From the NCBI GenBank assembly GCA_965248925.1, contig CBDFLE010000006.1, positions 4,320,001 to 4,384,000 of the forward strand: a stretch of DNA of 64,000 nucleotides, in the 5' to 3' direction. This DNA comes from Candidatus Multivoradales bacterium (lineage in GTDB: Bacteria > Acidobacteriota > Thermoanaerobaculia > Multivoradales > J023). A model generated the notes under the pieces. The model saw nothing but the letters and a program-made list of their open reading frames with translations, searched no databases and was not told the DNA's origin. Positions 57,957 to 64,000 of this stretch are shown here, in pieces. Both the position numbers and the translations under genes were made by a program. The number at the start of each line of letters is the position of its first letter. Within the stretch, counting starts at the first letter, position 1.

Positions 57957-60679
57957 CTAGGGCGCCAACGCCAGCAGCTCCGCGTCGGTGCCCGCCGACC
58001 GGGTCGTGAGCAGCTCGTCGACCACCAGAGGGGTCGGACCACCGTGAATCAAGCGGTGATAGAAACGCCCGACGCCGACGCTTCCCGTGGCCAGGTCACA
58101 GCAGATCTTGTTGAGAAAATCGCCGGGAAATGCCAGCCCCTCCGGCCGTTCGATCCGGAACAGAGACAGGCCGGTGGCGACCCGATACGCGGCCTCGCGG
58201 AAGCGCGCTTCACCGGTGAAGTGATGAAAATCTAGCAGGGTTTCGCCGAGGCCGGTCAAGCCGATGAAGAGGCCTGGAAATACCGCGTATTTGCGCTCCA
58301 GATCGAGGAAGATCTTCTCGAGGTACTCCCCGTAGCGTTCGGGTCCCAGCAGGCTGTAGTAGCGGATCAAGGCCATGCCGACCCCGGCGCTGCCATGCTT
58401 CCAGTAAGGGTAGATGATGCTGTGGTCGTCGTCCTGCCGGCGCCAGGACAATCCGCCGTCGGGCGTTTCGACACCCGAGCTCAGGTCGTAGTCGAGAGCC
58501 TTGATCCCGGCGTCAAGCAACTCCTCGCGACCGCAGGCACAGTAGAGGTACAAGAGGAACAGGCTAATGCCGCTACCACCGTGGGCTAGACCGAGCGAAA
58601 TGACCCCGTCGGTCTTCCCAGTACAGGCCCTTCTCGCTCGTCTGCGCTGCGGCCAGCAGATGCTCACCGGCGGCGATCGCCTTGCCCAGATAGAAATCGT
58701 CGTCGAGGGCCAGAAAGAACTTGAGATTGGCCATGCCCCAACCGGCGGCGCCATGGAAGAAATCGTAGGCGGTGCCATCGCTCTTGGTGACCAGCGGATG
58801 TTCGTGGCAACGGGCCATGATCCGCCGCGCGGGTTCCGTTCGGCCCAGGTCGATCAGGGCCCAGGCGATGCCCGAGAGCCCGGCGTAGAGCCCTGGAGGA
58901 TAAGTGTCGCGGTCGCTGGTCGGTTGCAAGATCCAGTCGAGAACCCGATCCGGTACCGCGCGTCCCATGGTGTGCATTGCGTGGGCGACGCCGCACGCAC
59001 CGTAGGCCAGGCTGAGCGGGTTGGAGTGGAAGACCTCGGCGAAGGCCGGGAACAGACGGTCCTTGCGATCGTAGTCGGCAAGTGCGAGACAGTAGTCACA
59101 CACGCGGTCGATGGTCTCCTGGTAGGTGGGGTTGGCGCTTTCATCATCCACTTGGATGGACGGCGGACGCAGGGTGTACTCGCCCTCCAGGACCTCGATC
59201 ACTTGCTGCGGCTTGGGCCGGCTACCGAAATCGTTCTCGATCAACGCCACGATCATCTCGTGGACCTCGCGCGGGAAACCGATGTCCTCGACCGCCGAGC
59301 GCAAGAAAGTGAACCGTGAACGGGGGGCGATGGCGAAAATCTGATTGAACGGCGCCAGGAAGTAGTGCATCACCGCACCGAGGGAGAAGTAATCGCTCTC
59401 GAAGTTAGACACCTCGCCGTACACCTGGTCGCGGTAGGCAAAGCCAGGCGTGTAGAGGAAGGCGGGCTTGTCGACACCGAGTTCGGAGGCACCTTCGAAG
59501 TCGATAATGCGCACTCGCAGCGGCTCGGTGAGGACGATGACGTTGTTGGGAGAAAGATCAGAGAAGACGATGCCGTGCTCGTGCAAGATCCTCACTATCT
59601 GGGCAAGCTGCACGAAGATCGCCCGGAAGTCGGCAAAGAACTTCGCCGTGTCCTCGAGCGTCGGCCGAGTCCGCAGGGTGACGTTGTTGATCGCGGAGAA
59701 CGTGGTGAGAGAAACCCCTTGGATGAACTCCTGCACCAGGAAGTAATGTTCCCAATCCTGGAACAGGTCGATCGGCTTCGGCGCTACGTTGGCGCCGGTC
59801 GCCGCGACCAGGGAAAGAATGCGGTACTCCTTCTTGAGCTAGGGAGATGGAGTCCTCGGTGTAGGTGACGAAAGGCCGCGCCTCCTTGATCACCACTTCC
59901 TCACCGGTCTCGGTGTCGTCGGCGATGTAGACTCCGCCCGAGTTGGAGTAGCCCAGCACATTCTTGACCAGATAGCGGCCGTCCTTGAGCGCGATGCGAC
60001 CTTCTTCGTCCTGGTAGTCAGGCTCGTGCTTGAGGTCGTCCGCGAAGGGGTCGCGCGCCCAGCTCGGGACGTGGAAGTAGGGCCGCCGCTCGTCGGGGAC
60101 CATCTCGCCGGACGGCGAGATCAGCATCGGGGTCTGTTCGCCCCTGGCGTTCGCCACCGCGATCCGCCGGATTCCCCCATAGCGATAGAACAGGATCTTG
60201 CTGTCCTTGTAGCGCCGGTCGGAAAGGATGTAGATGCCTTCGAACGCCCTTGTGACTGCGTGCAGATCGGCGAGCAGACGGAAGAACTCCGCCTCATCTA
60301 CGGGATAGATGGTCACGAACTTGCCGGCAGCCTGGCGTCCCCAGTTCTTGCTGTTCATCATACCCAGGATTTGCCGATCGAGAGCGAACTTGAAATCCAC
60401 GTCCTGCGCGTCAAGCACGGGAACGATCGCCTCAAGGATGTCGAGGGCGTTGGACAGCGCGCAGGACACATGGATCTTCCAGCCCTGACCGGGAAGATCG
60501 CGGGCCCGCCCTTCCGGCGGCGTGCAACCGAACCAGACCGCGCGCCGGTGGAAAGTCCAGGTGCCGGTAAGCATCTTGCGCACCGGCGCGAGAAAGTCAT
60601 CTTCGTTGACGTCGTACCGATCGACCGTCTCGTAGAAGAGCGGGTCGACAAAGGCCTCCAACGCGGTGACACGGCTCAT
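57957..60679 (-). pseudogene. lanKC: Class III lanthipeptide synthetase LanKC split by two +1 frameshifts (pseudogene or sequencing error)
   Basis: Lyase QGWKIHVS, GKFVTIYP, LSDRRY, YRYG; kinase SNSGGVY, VIKEARP, DLSPNN, IDFE; LanC-like GLAHG, YWKHGSAG, GLFIGLTG without Zn-ligand Cys. Extra bases near 59840 and 58618; the repaired ORF is 906 aa. Confidence 0.9.
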
Positions 60680-60835
60680 CGATTCTCCTCAACCACGGGT
60701 GGTGAACCAGGGAAGAGCCAGAGATAGCCACAGACCCTGTCAGGTTGCGCTGCCAGGGCGTCGCATGGCATGAGCGCCACGAGACGCCGCCAGCCGCAAC
60801 GAGAACGCGGCCGGCGGGACGAGTTTCGGTCGCCG

Positions 60836-60991
60836 CTACCAGGCGAACAGACCTTTATTGTCTACACACTGGCTGCTCTGGGTTGAGCAGGCCGTGGTCG
60901 CCGACGAACAGTGGTTGCTCTCGCCGCTGAAGACAGCTTCAAGGCTAAGTGCGGTGCCGACAAGGCCTTGTAGTGAGAGGATCCTGTGCAT
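60836..60991 (-). CDS. Class III lanthipeptide precursor A2 (51 aa)
   Basis: AAAGGAG RBS; leader MHRILSLQ; core SGESNHC-SSATTAC-STQSSQC-VDNKGLFAW. Confidence 0.9.
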   Translation of the reverse strand: MHRILSLQGLVGTALSLEAVFSGESNHCSSATTACSTQSSQCVDNKGLFAW

Positions 60992-61191
60992 AAACGTGCT
61001 CCTTTGGGTTGTTGGGTTCCTGTCGCTCGAATCCGCCAAACCTTAGGGCGGCCCGAACTCCTGTTGGTGCCGTTTCCTTTTCTGGTCGGAAAACACCAGC
61101 AAACAAAGCGAGATCGGAGTTCCGATCCAGCTCTCGCCGCCGCCGGTGGCTGCAACGAAAATGCGGCCGGCGGGCCGGACTTCGGTCGCTG

Positions 61192-61347
61192 CTACCAGGC
61201 GAACAGACCCTTATTGTCTACACGCTGGTTGCTCTGGGTTGAGCAGGCCGTGGTCGCCGACGAGCAGTAGTTGCTCTGGTCGCTGTAGACAACTTCAAGG
61301 CTAAGTGCGGTGCCAATCAAGCCTTGCAATGCGAGGATCCTGTCCAT
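61192..61347 (-). CDS. Class III lanthipeptide precursor A1 (51 aa)
   Basis: AAAGGAG RBS; leader MDRILALQ; core SDQSNYC-SSATTAC-STQSNQR-VDNKGLFAW. Confidence 0.9.
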   Translation of the reverse strand: MDRILALQGLIGTALSLEVVYSDQSNYCSSATTACSTQSNQRVDNKGLFAW

Positions 61348-62298
61348 AACGTGCTCCTTTGGGTTGTTAGGTTCCTGTTTGCCCGAATCCGCCAAGCCTT
61401 AGAGCGGTCCAAACTCCGGTTGGTGCCGATTTCTTTTCTGGTTGGAAACCACCAGCAAACCTAGCGAGATCGGAATTCTGCCGGCAGCATCCTCTGTTCT
61501 GCTGACACCATCAGCTTTGAGTCGAACACTGCGCGGTCTCCGGCGAGCATTTTGTTCTTGCCGTGGCCAGCGACGGCATCGTCGCCAATCGCCCGCCTGC
61601 TCGTTTACGGCAATGCAAGCCGCTTCTTCAATTCGGATGCCTTGTGTTGCTCATCCCGTACTCCATGATTATTGCAACCCTCCTTTGTAGATTGAGAAGA
61701 CACACATCACCAACCCGGCGCACGGCGCCGCGTTTGAGTGCACGTTACCAGCGCGGCGCGTGCGCCGACTCGCCGAAAACCACGCGGAGGATATGGTCTT
61801 TGACTAGAGGCACGCCGCGCGGACCGACAGATCGGCACGGGCAATGTTCCAGGTTGTGGGATGGTCAGAAAGAATATTTTTAAAAATCCTCCAAATCCTA
61901 GAGTGACGACCGGATCTCGAAGGTCCGATCGAGATTTCATGACCGCAAGCTCGCAGGCCTCAGGAGCGAGGGTACATATTTTGTAGGGAAAACTATATCA
62001 TATGGGTTCATATGAAAGCAACGATCTCAGGAGAAATCCTCTCGAGACACCAGCTCCCGATACACCTGCGTCTCGCCAATACTCTGTCCGCCAGTAGAAT
62101 CAGAGAGGTGCAGCCCATAGGCGCCAACGCATACTTCTCTTCTCGGAGGTCTTCGTAGGGCATGATCGAGCCATGATCCGCGCTCTCCTAGCTTCCCTAC
62201 TTGGCTCCAGAGCCGACTTCGCCCTCCGGCAGATCCAGCCCCCGCCGCTTCGCCATCTTGGCTGCGACGTGCTCGAAGACGCGAGCAAACGCCCCAAA

Positions 62299-62325
62299 TG
62301 GAGCTACCCCGGTTTGGTGGACAGT
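62299..62325. mobile_element. Isolated IS3-family-like terminal inverted repeat (remnant)
   Basis: TGGAGCTACCCCGGTTTGGTGGACAG resembles IS3-family ends; no transposase or partner end seen. Confidence 0.5.
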
Positions 62326-62694
62326 TTATCTCTTCGAACCTCCGTCAAAGTGGGGGTGTGGGAGCTGCTGTCCTGCCTCGCGGTTAGGTTGGACCCAAGA
62401 TGGCGTATTTCTTGTGAGTGTTGCTTTTCTTGCCCTACGTGCCCTCATCATTAGGCGACCGGCCGCTGGATGTCTCCGCCGAGCTATAGGCCACCCCAAG
62501 AGGACCCCAAGCTCCTGCATCACCACCAGCGTCCCGCATCCAAGCACCAAGAAGACACAGCCGAACATGCTCCTTGTCCTCATTCCTACAGTCGAAGGCG
62601 GTGGATGACCGCTCCTTCAACCTCGCTACCGCCTCGACGAAGCGATCGCCGGACCGGGGATCGACCCACCACCGTATTCGGCCGCCCATCAGCT

Positions 62695-63901
62695 GTTTCG
62701 GTTCGCTGAAGCCGGGCCGCTGGCGACGTGGGGCCAGGTGTCGTTTGGAATGTTCTCGGATGCGTTATATTCGCGGCAACTTTTCATGCGCTCCGGAAGC
62801 GCCCTCAGAGGCTTTTTTGCAAGATGAGTGATGGTCGGCGAGGTTTGCGCGGTGTGTGTGTTTTTTGTGGTTCTAGCGAGGGGCGGGCAGCGGCTTACCT
62901 CACCGCTGCCCAGAATCTCGGCCGATTGTTGGCGGAGCGCCGGCTGGAGCTGGTCTACGGCGGCGGCAGCGGCGGCCTGATGGGGTGCATTGCCGACGCG
63001 GCGCTGGCTGCCGGTGGCCGGGTGGTGGGGGTGATTCCTCGCGCCATGCTCGATTGGGAGGTCGAGCACCGCCAGCTCGACGAACAGCATGTGGTGGGCT
63101 CGATGCATGAGCGCAAGGAGAAAATGCACCAACTGTCGGATGCCTTCATCGCCATGCCGGGAGGCTTGGGGACCCTGGAGGAGCTGTTTGAGATCTGGAC
63201 TTGGCTCCAGCTCGGGGTGCATGGCAAGCCGGTGGCCTTGCTCAATGTCGAGGGCTATTGGGATCCGATGATCACTATGCTCGACCGGGCCACCGAGCAA
63301 GGATTCATCAAGCTCGAACAGCGCCGGACGTTGATTGTCGAGGCGGATGGCGAAGCTATTTTGGATCGCTTCGCAGATTTTCGCGACCCCCGGCTGCGAC
63401 AATGGAACGATGGTGGCACCGGTGACGGCGCCGATTCTCAACCTCTCGACTCTGGAGATTCGTAATGCGATTTTTCGCCTCGCTGCTGGTTTCGCTTTCG
63501 CTTTTGTTACTGCTGGCCCACTGCGGGCAGCCAGATGGTGGTCACTCTTCAGCTAGCGCCGCACTCGATGCTGATCTGCGAGCGGTTGCGGTGGAGTTGC
63601 GCGACAGCTCTGCCGAGCGCTCTCAGGCTTATGAGTTTCTGCGTCAGCTGACTTCTGAGGTGGGGGCGCGGCCCGCGGGTTCGCCGGCCGATTCTCTGGC
63701 GGTGGCTTGGGCGGTGGCCAAGCTCGAGGAGATGGGTTTCGAAAATGTCCGCGCTGAGTCGGTGACCGTTCCCCATTGGCGGCGCGGCGAGGCGGTCGCA
63801 TCGCTGTTGGCGCCAGTGGCGGAGGAGCTGGTGGTGGTGGCGCTGGGGGGCAGCGTTGGAACCGCGGCGGGTGGAGTCGAAGCCGAAGTGGTGGAATTTC
63901 C
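62695..63901 (+). repeat. Copy 2 of the ~1.2-kb direct repeat
   Basis: Aligns to 50740-51946. Confidence 0.97.
62824..63465 (+). CDS. LOG family protein (TIGR00730), copy 2
   Basis: Same motifs as 50869-51510; ATG at 62824. Confidence 0.95.
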   Translation: MSDGRRGLRGVCVFCGSSEGRAAAYLTAAQNLGRLLAERRLELVYGGGSGGLMGCIADAALAAGGRVVGVIPRAMLDWEVEHRQLDEQHVVGSMHERKEKMHQLSDAFIAMPGGLGTLEELFEIWTWLQLGVHGKPVALLNVEGYWDPMITMLDRATEQGFIKLEQRRTLIVEADGEAILDRFADFRDPRLRQWNDGGTGDGADSQPLDSGDS

Positions 63902-64000
63902 GTCTCTTGAGGCCTTGGAGGAGGAGGTGGCTGCGGAGCGGGTGGCAGGCAAGATTGTCTTCATCAACAAACGCATGCAGCGCAAGCGCGACGGCGCGGA
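63465..64000 (+). CDS. M28 family peptidase (carboxypeptidase Q-like, PA domain), runs off the window edge
   Basis: Signal peptide; LTSEVGARPAGS, GFENVRAESVTVPHWRRG, ALGGSVGT, continues VVEFPSLEAL...GKIVF. Confidence 0.85.
   Translation, partial: MRFFASLLVSLSLLLLLAHCGQPDGGHSSASAALDADLRAVAVELRDSSAERSQAYEFLRQLTSEVGARPAGSPADSLAVAWAVAKLEEMGFENVRAESVTVPHWRRGEAVASLLAPVAEELVVVALGGSVGTAAGGVEAEVVEFPSLEALEEEVAAERVAGKIVFINKRMQRKRDGA

Noticed and set aside
57957-60679. Programmed frameshifting or a genuinely three-gene LanKC
   Set aside because: The breaks fall inside the kinase and cyclase domains, there are no slippery heptamers, and the downstream fragments lack clear RBS/start signals
63465-64000. 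Flanking M28 peptidase as the lanthipeptide leader protease
   Set aside because: It belongs to the host target locus on the opposite strand; only proximity supports the link

Overview
GC-rich bacterial DNA; gene content (HlyD plus two MacB-type ATPases, an ADOP-like permease, a kinase-linked ECF sigma, BshA, many secreted proteins) suggests Acidobacteriota, by inference. Bases 1-50.7 kb are mostly core or secreted-protein genes: a GcvT-like gene, two phytoene-desaturase-like oxidoreductases, tandem dodecins, an MbnH-like di-heme enzyme, an STK/ECF module, tyrS, polX, murB, nth, bshA, fdhF-like/fdhD, and thiC with a TPP riboswitch. From about 50.7 kb, a ~1.2-kb segment (LOG gene plus the 5' end of an M28 peptidase gene) occurs twice, 11,955 bp apart. 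The two copies bracket a ~10.7-kb island. The island holds a TPR gene ending in an integron attC site and flanked by 27-bp direct repeats, a class III lanthipeptide cluster (two precursors with tandem S-x-x-S/T-x-x-C heptads, a LanKC with two +1 frameshifts, an ABC exporter and an ADOP-like permease), and IS remnants. Best novelty candidates: (1) a ~300-nt multi-hairpin non-coding region behind a near-consensus sigma70 promoter at 40.8-41.2 kb, which matches no RNA family I recognise; (2) the lanthipeptide precursors and their island; (3) a membrane-anchored protein resembling a divergent sigma factor fused to an anti-sigma-like module. All calls come from reading motifs by eye; no database searches were run.
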